NCBI GenBank assembly: GCA_031285625.1
Contig: JAITVV010000010.1
Span: forward strand, 1-20,353
Source of the DNA: Prevotella sp.
Lineage (GTDB): Bacteria; Bacteroidota; Bacteroidia; Bacteroidales; Dysgonomonadaceae
Length of the DNA: 20,353 bases
Reading direction: 5' to 3'
The translations under genes and the position numbers were made by a program. Positions 8,914 through 17,702 of this stretch are shown here, in pieces. Below the pieces are notes generated by a model that saw only the letters and a program-made list of their open reading frames with translations, searched no databases and was not told where the DNA came from. Every line of letters starts with the position of its first letter. Positions within the stretch are counted from its first letter, which is position 1.

Positions 8914-9017
8914 AATATGAAAATTAGTAAATGTGTAAATTTGAAAATATGCAGATTAGCCAGTAATTCTTAATGATAAGTTATTTCCGAATTTGCTAAT
9001 TGACTAATCTGCTAATT
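8914..9017. repeat. Degenerate 8-bp tandem repeats arranged as an inverted array between mobB and mobC
   Basis: aatatgaa/aattagta/aatgtgta/aatttgaa/aatatgca/gattagcc at 8914-8961 and reverse-oriented tccgaatt/tgctaatt/gactaatc/tgctaatt at 8986-9017. Confidence 0.75.
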
Positions 9018-9024
9018 GGAATTA

Positions 9025-10413
9025 TTACATCCTCCTGCCTTTCCGTTTTCTACGTTTGGCTTCCGCTTCTTTCCTTCTTGCAAATGCTTCCGCCTCATAG
9101 TCTGCTCCGTGCTGTTCCAACAGTGACGGCAGGCTGCCAAAATCGGTATCGTCAATCTTTAGCCCATCCGTATCCTTTGAAAAATCAGCAGCAGGTGTAT
9201 CCATATCTTCCCGCTCTTTTGGCCGTGCTGTTACATCCAACTCCAATGGTTGGCGCATAGATATATTATCATTTTCTGCATTTCTTGTTTCCTGATTACT
9301 AAGTACAGGTTCAACCTCATTCCCTACATTCCCCGCTTCCCGATTGTCCTGCATACGTTCATCTTCAATACTTGTCTGGAAAAGATTATGAAACACATTT
9401 GCCGAATACGCCTTGCCAATTTTCGAGCCGTTGAACACAGCACGGTCCTCGTGGTCGATAAACGTTGCACTGTAAATCCGTCTATCTTCATTCTCCCGGA
9501 ACACAACACGAATTCCGTTACGCAGCAACTCCGCTTCAAAAGATTGTCGATTGCGATAATTATTGATAGCCGTATCCAAAATCGGTTTGATACGTTCGGT
9601 CAGCCTGTTTTCTTTAATTAGCTTTTCTGACGAAGCAGCTTTCTTCAGAAGCGCAGCATATCCTACACTCTTGGCGATGGATGAAGACTTTATCGGATTA
9701 CCAACCTTGTTTCCTTCATTATCCAAAGCCAAATAAACCAGCCCTTGATACTGCTTACCCCGAACTTCTCCGCTGACTTCCTCCACGCCTATATTATAGA
9801 TGGAGAGCAAAGCACGGTATTCCGGCAGGGACGTGAAACGGTAGGACTGCATCAGTGCTTTTATATTACCCGTCATCTGCTTTTTCACATCACCCGCCTC
9901 GTAATCCACCTTTTTCAATCGGGGCGTATCTTCCGAATAATCCAGTTTGTCCGCAGGATGCAGCTTGTACTTTTCTTCCAACTCCTTTGTTATCTTCTTG
10001 GAGCGGTGGAAATTATTGAAGTCGTCAATCTTCCGTCCGTTCTCATCCACATTCACACTCACGATATGGATGTGCTTCCGCTCGATGTCCTCATGCTTAA
10101 ATACGATATACGGCTGCTGGCCGAATCCCATTTTTTGCATATATTCATCGGCAATAGCGATGAACTGCTCATCCGCCAGCACATCATCGGGATGCGGATT
10201 GAGCGATATATGCAGAATCGGTTCTTCCGTTCTCTTGTTAGCCGCTAGAAAGGGAGCAAACGACTGATTACAAAGGTGCATATTATACTCCCCGTTCCTG
10301 TCCTGCATCACCTTATTGGAGTGAAGTATCCTGGTGACATCGTTTTCCACTTTCCGGTTGTTGTAGATTAACGCACCGAAAAGACTGCTCCCTTTCCCTA
10401 TTTTTGCAACCAT
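9025..10413 (-). CDS. mobB: Relaxase MobB (MOBP)
   Basis: MVAKIGKGSSLFGALIYN (catalytic Tyr), HISLNPHPDD, and the HUH motif HEDIERKHIHIVS. Confidence 0.95.
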   Translation of the reverse strand: MVAKIGKGSSLFGALIYNNRKVENDVTRILHSNKVMQDRNGEYNMHLCNQSFAPFLAANKRTEEPILHISLNPHPDDVLADEQFIAIADEYMQKMGFGQQPYIVFKHEDIERKHIHIVSVNVDENGRKIDDFNNFHRSKKITKELEEKYKLHPADKLDYSEDTPRLKKVDYEAGDVKKQMTGNIKALMQSYRFTSLPEYRALLSIYNIGVEEVSGEVRGKQYQGLVYLALDNEGNKVGNPIKSSSIAKSVGYAALLKKAASSEKLIKENRLTERIKPILDTAINNYRNRQSFEAELLRNGIRVVFRENEDRRIYSATFIDHEDRAVFNGSKIGKAYSANVFHNLFQTSIEDERMQDNREAGNVGNEVEPVLSNQETRNAENDNISMRQPLELDVTARPKEREDMDTPAADFSKDTDGLKIDDTDFGSLPSLLEQHGADYEAEAFARRKEAEAKRRKRKGRRM

Positions 10414-10832
10414 AAGCCGGAGTATTTACGTTCAAAATCTTCAATCTGGCCGGATATTTGCCGTTGTAATTCGACTAATTCGATGGTCGCTTTCTCCAAT
10501 TTGTAGAGTAATGCCATCGCTTTCTTTTCTGAGAAATTGGATTTTAGCGCCTTTACAATCTGATTGTAGTTCGTCCCAATCGCCCGGAACTGTCCGTAAA
10601 AAGTGGTCAACCGCATGTAATAATCCTGCATTCCCTTGTCAATCTGCACCACCTTTACTGGCTTAGAGAAAATGCAGGAGAGGATAAACTTGGTTTTGTC
10701 CTGTGCCTGCGATTGTTCAAACAGGCTGAGGAACCTGTCGTGTGTAATGGCATTCATCCGGACGCTGTACCTGAATACGGCAGGGTCTTGTTTCGGAAGC
10801 CTGCCTCCCTTCCTTTTTCTTGTTTCATCCAT
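10398..10832 (-). CDS. mobA: Relaxosome accessory protein MobA (RHH)
   Basis: GGR.PK.DP...RYSVR and QFRAIGTNYNQIVKAL motifs of CTnDOT MobA; overlaps the mobB start. Confidence 0.92.
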   Translation of the reverse strand: MDETRKRKGGRLPKQDPAVFRYSVRMNAITHDRFLSLFEQSQAQDKTKFILSCIFSKPVKVVQIDKGMQDYYMRLTTFYGQFRAIGTNYNQIVKALKSNFSEKKAMALLYKLEKATIELVELQRQISGQIEDFERKYSGLWLQK

Positions 10833-10884
10833 CGAAAATCGTTTTTGAAAATTGCTACTGAATTATGACTCCGGAATAATTTCT

Positions 10885-10951
10885 CCCCTTTACGGGGCAA
10901 GGTGTTTTTGGCAGACAAATGTTATTTTGGCGGACAAAAACATACCTTGCC
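10885..10951. other. Putative oriT region
   Basis: Just upstream of mobA, as in CTnDOT/CTn341. Imperfect inverted repeat GGCAAGGT-GTTTTTG ... CAAAAAC-AT-ACCTTGCC at 10896-10951, with internal direct repeats TTTTGGC(A/G)GACAAA at 10906-10919 and 10925-10938. Small hairpin CCCC-tttac-GGGG to the left. Confidence 0.6.
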
Positions 10952-11053
10952 ATGTTCTAATGAACATCGAAATCCACCCACTACCGTGTGCGGATTTGTG
11001 GCTAACCTGACTTTGAAAAAGCAAGTTTCGAGAGGGGTTAAATATTCCCGATG

Positions 11054-11061
11054 CAAAGTTA
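11054..11061 (-). promoter_or_regulatory. -7 box of the mob operon promoter
   Basis: CAAAGTTA on plus reads TAACTTTG on minus (TAnnTTTG), pointing toward mobA. Confidence 0.6.
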
Positions 11062-11093
11062 AATACACTGATAATAAGAGCGATAAAATCAGG

Positions 11094-11122
11094 CTGTGCC
11101 AACCGCTGCCAAACACTACCAC
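11094..11122. promoter_or_regulatory. Phased TRCCA triplet (copy 1), putative regulator site
   Basis: TGCCA/TGCCA/TACCA at 11097, 11107 and 11117 (10-bp period), 35 bp from the mob -7 box. Confidence 0.55.
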
Positions 11123-11468
11123 TTCAAAAAAGTTGCGGATTTTTTGCCTCTTAGAAAGGATAAACGGGATAATTTTATCCCTAAAAGATGATTCAAACAT
11201 CAAGGAGTGGGAAAAGAGAAAAGAATCTCAAATCCGGGATGGCTTTTGAAAGAAAAACCATGTTTTTAGATGTCGAAAATCATCCTTTATCCAACCGAAT
11301 TGGAATCCAAAATGAACCAAAGTCCAATTTTTATCTGCCAAAATCACTCGCTGTTTTGAAGTTTTCCATGTAATATGAGTGGACTACTTTTCAATTATTA
11401 TCTCTGCCGAGTCGAACGGAAAAAATGAATTTTCCAACTAAAAAATAGACCCTAAAAGAAAAACACCC

Positions 11469-11541
11469 TACCACTGGAGTGCCAACCACTACCACAGGCC
11501 TCTGGAAATTAGGATTATACGAAAATCATGTATTTACTTTG
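11469..11541 (+). promoter_or_regulatory. Putative tra operon promoter with phased TRCCA triplet (copy 2)
   Basis: TACCA/TGCCA/TACCA at 11469, 11480 and 11490, then a near-consensus -7 box TTACTTTG at 11534-11541, 39 bp downstream. Confidence 0.5.
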
Positions 11542-11837
11542 TCGAAGAAATAGAAAAGCAAGGCGTTGCTTTTTCGCTGAATTGATATTTTTAATAGTGC
11601 TGAAGGAAAACAATACCCGGATGCTTTGCCATCAAAAGAGTGATGTATTGTTCGACAGGATGATGGTGGTACTGTTTTGCAGGCTCCCTGTTTTGCTGGT
11701 TTACCAAAACAGCTTTTTGAAAAACGAAATCACTTCTCCTGCATCAACTCATTCCTTTTATACTGCATCCTTACATAGCCGTATTGTATCCTTTATACAA
11801 TGGAGTCCGGTTTGAGAGAATTGCGGTTTTGGAAAAG

Positions 11838-11868
11838 AAATGAAGAAAACAAATGAAGAAAACAAATG
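11838..11868 (+). repeat. 13-bp tandem repeat AAATGAAGAAAAC, about 2.4 copies
   Basis: Seen directly upstream of traA. Confidence 0.8.
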
Positions 11869-12032
11869 CTTTACCCCTTTTATACTTTCCTGAAAAACAA
11901 GGGAAGCAGAGGTGTGGAGGATGAGCGAAGAAATTCAGCATGAAAGCAAAAGCACAGTTAAGCAAAGAAGGACTTTCTCATTTTTCTATTCTATAAAGAA
12001 GAAATTTTTCACTCATATAATTATTTAACAAC

Positions 12033-12812
12033 ATGGAAAAGAAAGAAAAGAAAACAGTATTGGTTGCCTTTTCCACCCAGAAGGGAGGAATCGGCAAGAG
12101 CGCCCTGACGGTGCTGATGGCGAGCTACTTTCATTATGTGAAAGGCTATACGGTGGGAGTGATTGACTGCGACTATCCGCAATACAGCATCCACAAGATG
12201 CGGGAACGGGATAAGGAAATCGTAAACAAAGTCCCTTACTACAAGGAGAAATCGTTCAGCCAGTACAAAGAGCTGGGTAAACGCAATTATCCGGTGGACA
12301 AGGCTCCTGCTCCCAATGCCATAGATGCGGCCAAAAAGATGATTGACGAATATATCGGCGACACGCCCGATATTATCTTTATCGACCTGCCGGGAACATT
12401 GAACAGCGAGGGGATTGTACGGACGCTGGCATCGCTGGATTACATTTTCTCGCCCATCTCCGCTGACAGGATGGTGCTGCAATCCACACTGGAATTTGCA
12501 GGGATGATTAACGACCGGATCATCAGCACGGGCAAAAGCCGGTTGAGGGGGCTTTACCTCTTGTGGAACATGGTCGATGCCCGTGAGAAATCCGAATTGT
12601 ATAAGGTCTATGAAAAAGGTATCGGCGAACTGGGCTTGTCCGTAATGAAGAATTTCCTGCCCGATACCAAACGCTACCGCCATGAGATGACCGAGTTGAT
12701 AGCCCCCATCTTCCGCTGTACCCTTTTCCCTGTCGATAAGCGGCTGGTAAAGGGTAGCCGCTTGGATCTGCTGGCTGATGAGTTGGAAGAATTGATACAC
12801 ATTAAACAGTAA
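12033..12812 (+). CDS. traA: Conjugative transposon TraA (ParA-family ATPase)
   Basis: Deviant Walker A QKGGIGKS, IDCDYPQYS and FIDLPGT; first gene of the tra operon. Confidence 0.93.
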   Translation: MEKKEKKTVLVAFSTQKGGIGKSALTVLMASYFHYVKGYTVGVIDCDYPQYSIHKMRERDKEIVNKVPYYKEKSFSQYKELGKRNYPVDKAPAPNAIDAAKKMIDEYIGDTPDIIFIDLPGTLNSEGIVRTLASLDYIFSPISADRMVLQSTLEFAGMINDRIISTGKSRLRGLYLLWNMVDAREKSELYKVYEKGIGELGLSVMKNFLPDTKRYRHEMTELIAPIFRCTLFPVDKRLVKGSRLDLLADELEELIHIKQ

Positions 12813-12817
12813 GCATT

Positions 12818-13357
12818 ATGGCCAAACGCAGTGATGGAATCTTCAAAGTCGATGATATAGACGAAAAGGAATTTCTGAGTATTCTGGACGGCAGGGCAAC
12901 ACCTACCGCCTTACCCTCAAAGGATAAGAGAGAGAAGGTAGATCCGCCCGTTTCAAAACCGGAGCTTAGCAAAGAAGACATTCGTGAAAGCATACCGGAA
13001 ACGAAAGAGCCGGAAAAAGCTGTTTTGGAAGAGAAAGAGGAGTCTGAAAAACCCGAAGAAAGAGAAACCGCTCCCAAACGCAGCTACAAGAAAAAGAAAA
13101 ACAGTGAATACATTGACGCCTTTCTGAAACCCAGAGTGTTGAAGCAACGCCAAAGCGTCTATATCAGTTTGGATGTACACGAGTTTATTACGCAAATTGT
13201 CAAGAAGCTGGGTGTCAGAAATATGACAGTCGGGGTATTCATAGATACGGTCATGACGCAACATATCAAAGACCATGCCGATGACCTGAGAGCCATCTAT
13301 TACAGAGAAGAAGCAGATATTTTTAGAAACATAATAAATAATAACGAAGATGAATAA
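12818..13357 (+). CDS. traB: TraB-like DUF3408 protein
   Basis: IDEKEFL N-terminus, a charged linker and the C-terminal domain Y..AFL......RQSVYI...H...I; follows traA. Confidence 0.8.
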   Translation: MAKRSDGIFKVDDIDEKEFLSILDGRATPTALPSKDKREKVDPPVSKPELSKEDIRESIPETKEPEKAVLEEKEESEKPEERETAPKRSYKKKKNSEYIDAFLKPRVLKQRQSVYISLDVHEFITQIVKKLGVRNMTVGVFIDTVMTQHIKDHADDLRAIYYREEADIFRNIINNNEDE

Positions 13358-13607
13358 CCAAAAAGAAGTTTTGAATGCAGCAGGATACGAAGCACAGTTT
13401 CTTCAATCCAAAGACGTAAAAACAAGGCAATGCGTATATATCGGCAGAGGTACGCAGGAAACCATCTCCGACATTGTCCGGCTGGTCGGACAAAAGGGTC
13501 TTACCATCGGAGCCTATATCGACACCGTTTTGCAGCGGCATATTCAGGAACACAAGGACGAAATAAACGAGCTTTATTACAAGTCCGCAGATAAAATTAT
13601 CAAATAA
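13350..13607 (+). CDS. DUF3408 protein (TraC-like), copy 1
   Basis: YEAQFLQ...RQCVYI...TIGAYIDTVLQRHIQEHKDEINELY. Confidence 0.85.
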   Translation: MNNQKEVLNAAGYEAQFLQSKDVKTRQCVYIGRGTQETISDIVRLVGQKGLTIGAYIDTVLQRHIQEHKDEINELYYKSADKIIK

Positions 13608-13624
13608 TATAAAAAATAACGAAG

Positions 13625-13882
13625 ATGAACAATCAAAAAGAGCTGTTGAATGCAGCAGGATATGAAGAACAGTTTCTTCAATCCAAAGAGTTGAAAATAA
13701 GGCAATGCGTGTACATCAGCAGGGATACTCAGGAAACAATCTCCAACATTGTCCGCATGGTCGGGCAAAGGGGTCTTACCATCGGAGCCTATATCGACAC
13801 TGTTTTGCAGCAACACATTCAGGAACATAAGGATGAGATAAACGAGTTGTATTATAAGAACTTGGATAAAGTCATCCCCTGA
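13625..13882 (+). CDS. DUF3408 protein (TraC-like), copy 2 (tandem duplicate)
   Basis: 70/85 aa identical to copy 1, with a 275-bp period; the AATAACGAAG leader is also shared. Confidence 0.85.
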   Translation: MNNQKELLNAAGYEEQFLQSKELKIRQCVYISRDTQETISNIVRMVGQRGLTIGAYIDTVLQQHIQEHKDEINELYYKNLDKVIP

Positions 13883-14664
13883 TGGAAACCTCTAAACTGA
13901 TAGGCATATTACTGGTCTATACGGCAGTCCTGCTGCTTGCGGTCTTTTATGTGTACCCTTTTTTGAAGAAACTGTCCAAACGCCAGATTTCGATTTCCAT
14001 CCGGATCGGCACAAAAGAAAAAGAGGAGCAAAAGGCAAAAGAGCAAAAAGAGCCGGAGGAAAGAAAAGATAAAGAAAACCAACCGGACGAATCGGAAAAA
14101 TTCCCCTCGATTTTAGGGAAATCGAAATTTATCCTGTGCCAACCCCTGCCACATGCTGCCACCGATTCGGAAACTGAAAATCGTATCGAAAAAGAAGATA
14201 CATTTGCCCCCGGAACGGGCAAACCGGAGGGTTCAACCGTCAATTACGAAACGGGCGAAGGCGTGGAAGTGCCGGAAGAAGATAAGGATGTTCAGGTTCC
14301 CGATGTCAATTTGCATGATGAGGGAAAAGAACTCGAAGGCGGCGATAATGTTCATGCAGAAGCGAGCGGAGTGGATTTTCACGAGTTGGGGCAGACGGCA
14401 AAGACAGTCAGCGATCCGGAGGGCAGTACTCCGGCGGACGAAGCACTGGCAGGAAAGGTGTTGAGTGAAAACCAGTACACCGATTTGGTCAAATCCATGC
14501 AGAAAGACCGCCCCGAATACGCCAAACGGATAATGGACTTGATAGACAAGTCCGACCAAACGTTGGCGGAGAGTCAGAAGCAAAACCGGAAAACGAGCCG
14601 TAAGAAAAAGGAACTCTACGAGTCCGAAGATTTTAAGAATTTCAATGTCGATGAAATTTCATAG
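13882..14664 (+). CDS. traD: TraD-like membrane-anchored acidic protein (DUF4122-like)
   Basis: N-terminal TM helix, GKSKF motif, ASGVDFHEL and C-terminal DFKNFNVDEI; position between traC-like genes and traE. Confidence 0.7.
   Translation: METSKLIGILLVYTAVLLLAVFYVYPFLKKLSKRQISISIRIGTKEKEEQKAKEQKEPEERKDKENQPDESEKFPSILGKSKFILCQPLPHAATDSETENRIEKEDTFAPGTGKPEGSTVNYETGEGVEVPEEDKDVQVPDVNLHDEGKELEGGDNVHAEASGVDFHELGQTAKTVSDPEGSTPADEALAGKVLSENQYTDLVKSMQKDRPEYAKRIMDLIDKSDQTLAESQKQNRKTSRKKKELYESEDFKNFNVDEIS
14134..14206 (+). promoter_or_regulatory. Putative internal promoter inside traD (TRCCA triplet copy 3 plus -7 box)
   Basis: A 29-mer 24/29 identical to 11094-11122, followed by a perfect TACATTTG at 14199-14206. 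Confidence 0.55.
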
Positions 14665-14911
14665 AGGTCGCAGACCTTTTTATTACTTGGTAAGTTCAAA
14701 AACGAGGGGAAGTTAAGATGAAAGAGCATATCATTAAATCCTGACTTCTACTAAAAAAGAAAGGAGGTGTTTTTTAGAAAGTAAGCAAGCAGTAGGGCAC
14801 AGCAGAATGTCCTAAAAAAGAAAAGATGTGTTTTGTATCGGGACTATTCACCCCGCAAAAAGAGCAAAAGGCATCTTCCGCTATCCACAAATTAATTCAA
14901 AGTTTAATCCT

Positions 14912-14957
14912 GTTGAGGAATAAGGGGAGTAATATAGGAAACTCCCCATTCCTCGAC
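14912..14957 (+). other. Strong stem-loop upstream of traE
   Basis: GTTGAGGAAT-aa-GGGGAGT pairs with ACTCCCC-ATTCCTCGAC. No U-tract; ends 14 nt before the ATG. Confidence 0.75.
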
Positions 14958-14971
14958 TTAAAACCAATTTT

Positions 14972-15292
14972 ATGTCGAAAAAAATAAAAATCAACGTTCA
15001 GCAAAAGTTCTTCGCACTGACCGCTATGCTCTTCATAGCGACAGGTGCATTCGCACAGGGCAACGGCATGGCGGGTATCAATGATGCCACGAGTATGGTA
15101 TCCAGCTATTTCGACCCCATCACCAAATTGATTTATGCCATCGGTGCGGTACTGGGTCTTGTCGGAGGCGTTAAGGTCTATTCCAAGTTCCAGTCCGGCG
15201 ACCCCGACACCAGCAAAACGGCGGCATCGTGGTTCGGTGGTTGTATCTTCCTGATTGTTACGGCGACTATTCTTCGTTCATTCTTCTTATAA
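14972..15292 (+). CDS. traE: TraE (DUF4134, pilin/VirB2-like)
   Basis: AFAQGNGMAGINDATSMVSSYFDP...GDPDTSKTAASWFGGCIFL...RSFFL. Confidence 0.95.
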   Translation: MSKKIKINVQQKFFALTAMLFIATGAFAQGNGMAGINDATSMVSSYFDPITKLIYAIGAVLGLVGGVKVYSKFQSGDPDTSKTAASWFGGCIFLIVTATILRSFFL

Positions 15293-15354
15293 GCCCCCTT
15301 TTATTCCCCCAAGGGGGAAAACTGGAGTTCAAAACAATATTAAAAACAAGAAGA

Positions 15355-15687
15355 ATGGAATATTCAATAAACAAAGGCATTGGCCGTCCGGCAGAGTTTA
15401 AAGGTTTGATAGCACAATACCTCTTTATCTTCGTTGGCGGCTTGCTTGCCGTCTTTGTGGTAACGGTCATCATTTATATGATTGGCGTTCCACAGATGAT
15501 ATGCGTAGGTTTCGGTTTGGTTTCCGGCTCCGTCCTTGCTTGGGGTACTTTCCATCTGAATGGGAAGTACGGACAGCACGGGCTGATGAAAGTGCAGGCG
15601 ACCAAGAACCATCCCCGCTATATCAGTAACAGACGGCGGCTTCAACGCCTTTTCACGCATATCAAAAGAAAGGAGGAACAAGCATGA
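15355..15687 (+). CDS. traF: TraF (DUF4133, VirB3-like), 110 aa
   Basis: MEYSINKGIGRPAEFKGLIAQYLF...KYGQHGLMK. True start is ATG 15355, not 15229. Confidence 0.93.
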   Translation: MEYSINKGIGRPAEFKGLIAQYLFIFVGGLLAVFVVTVIIYMIGVPQMICVGFGLVSGSVLAWGTFHLNGKYGQHGLMKVQATKNHPRYISNRRRLQRLFTHIKRKEEQA

Positions 15688-17702
15688 GGAATACATCGAA
15701 GATAACCACGCTGGAGAATAAGCTTCCGCTACTGTCAGTCGAAGAGGGTTGCATTATCAGCAAAGATGCGGATATAACCGTCGGCTTTAAGGTGGTGCTG
15801 CCGGAAATCTATTCGGTAACATCGGAAGAATACGTCGCTATTCATTCGGCATGGGTCAAAGCCATCAAGGTGTTGCCGGATTACAGTATCGTCTGCAAAC
15901 AGGACTGGTTTACCGAAGAACGCTACAAGGCGAAAAACAACAGGGAAGACATGAGCTTCCTGAGCAAGTCCTACGAACGCCACTTCAATGAGCGTCCGTT
16001 TCTGAACCATACCTGCTACCTGTTCCTGACCAAAACAACGAAGGACAGAGCCAAACAGCAGAGCAACTATACCGCTCTGACACGCGGCTTTCTTGTTCCA
16101 AAAGAAATGCAGGATAAGGAAACAGCACAGAAGTTCTTGGAGGCGGTCGATCAGTTCGAGCGGATTATGAACGATTCGGGCTTTATTAGCCTCCAGCGTC
16201 TGACCACCGATGAGATTGTCGGAACAGAAGACAAGGCAGGTATCATCGAAAACTATTTTTCCCTGATGGGTGATACCACTTCGTTGGAAGATATATCATT
16301 CGGGGCGAATGAGATGAAAGTCGGCGATAACTATCTCTGCCTGCATACCCTATCCGATACGGACGACCTGCCGGGGAAAGTCTATACCGACAGCCGCTAT
16401 GAACGCCTGTCCACCGACCGGAGTGATTGCAGGCTTTCGTTTGCCGCACCGATTGGGGTATTGCTGTCCTGTAACCATCTCGTGAGCCAGTATATCTTTA
16501 TAGACGACCATACGGAGAACCTGAAGAAATTCGAGAAGCAGGCGAAGAACATGCACTCACTCGGACGCTATTCCCGTTCCAACCAGATTAACAAGCAGTG
16601 GATCGAAGATTACCTGAACGAAGCGCACAGCTTCGGGCTGACTTCGGTGCGTTGCCACGTTAATGTGATGGCTTGGGCGGATAACAGGGAGGGGTTAAAG
16701 CGTATCAAGAACGATGTGGGCAGCCAGTTGGCATTGATGGAATGCAAGCCCCGCCACAACACGATAGATGTTCCGACACTCTTTTGGGCGGGGATACCGG
16801 GTAATCAGGGGGACTTTCCGGCAGAGGAGAGTTTCTATACCTTTATCGAACAGACCTTGTGTTTCTTCGTTGAGGAAACCAACTACCGGGATTCCCTTTC
16901 CCCATTCGGCATCAAGATGGCAGACCGCAACGGCAAGCCCATCCATTTGGATATATCGGACTTGCCGATGAAAAAAGGAATTATTACCAACCGTAACAAG
17001 TTTATCTTGGGGCCATCGGGTTCGGGAAAGTCCTTTTTTACCAACCACCTTGTCAGGCAGTATTACGAGCAGGGAACGCATGTGCTATTAGTCGATACGG
17101 GTAACTCCTACGAGGGTTTGTGCAACCTGATTCACAACAAGACGAAAGGGGACGATGGGGTGTATTTTACATACACCGAAGAAAATCCCATCTCATTCAA
17201 TCCTTTTTTCACGGAGGATGGGGTCTTCGATATTGAGAAGCGGGAAAGCATCAAAACGCTGATACTCACCCTGTGGAAGCAGGAACACGAAAAGCCTTCG
17301 GGAGCGGAAAGCGTAGCCCTGTCCAATGCGGTCAATGAGTACATCAGCCTGATAAAGAACGACAAGAGCATCGTTCCCTCGTTCAATACTTTCTACGAGT
17401 TCATCAAAAATGAATACCGTACAAGTATTGACAGTAAGAAGGTAAGAGAAAAGGATTTTGACATCGACAACTTCCTTTTCATACTCGAACCCTTTTACAG
17501 GGGTGGCGAATACGATTACCTGCTCAATTCAGACCAAGAATTAGACCTCTTGAACAAACGCTTTATCGTCTTTGAGATTGATAAAGTGAAGGATAACCCC
17601 GTTCTTTTCCCTATCATCACAATTATCATTATGGAGGTGTTTATCAACAAGATGCGCCGTCTGAGAGGGGTACGAAAGATGATACTTTTGGAGGAGGCTT
17701 GG
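15684..17702 (+). CDS. traG: TraG (VirB4-like ATPase), exon 1
   Basis: MRN...LENKLPLL start, Walker A GPSGSGKS, and ends at Walker B MILLEEAW. The CTG TGA in the ORF track is intron sequence. Confidence 0.95.

Noticed and set aside
10902-11965. Short ORFs in the mobA-traA spacer, including one sharing LCQPLP with TraD
   Set aside because: They overlap the oriT and promoter elements. The shared peptide is explained by the shared DNA motif.
12021-12800. 259-aa minus-strand ORF, plus other antisense ORFs over the mob/tra genes
   Set aside because: Antisense shadows of well-supported genes, with no recognisable motifs.
14751-14834. Possible mini CRISPR array (23-bp repeat, 61-bp period)
   Set aside because: Only two imperfect copies, and no cas genes in the window.
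15229-15354. N-terminal extension of traF
   Set aside because: Overlaps traE and a hairpin; family similarity starts at Met 15355.
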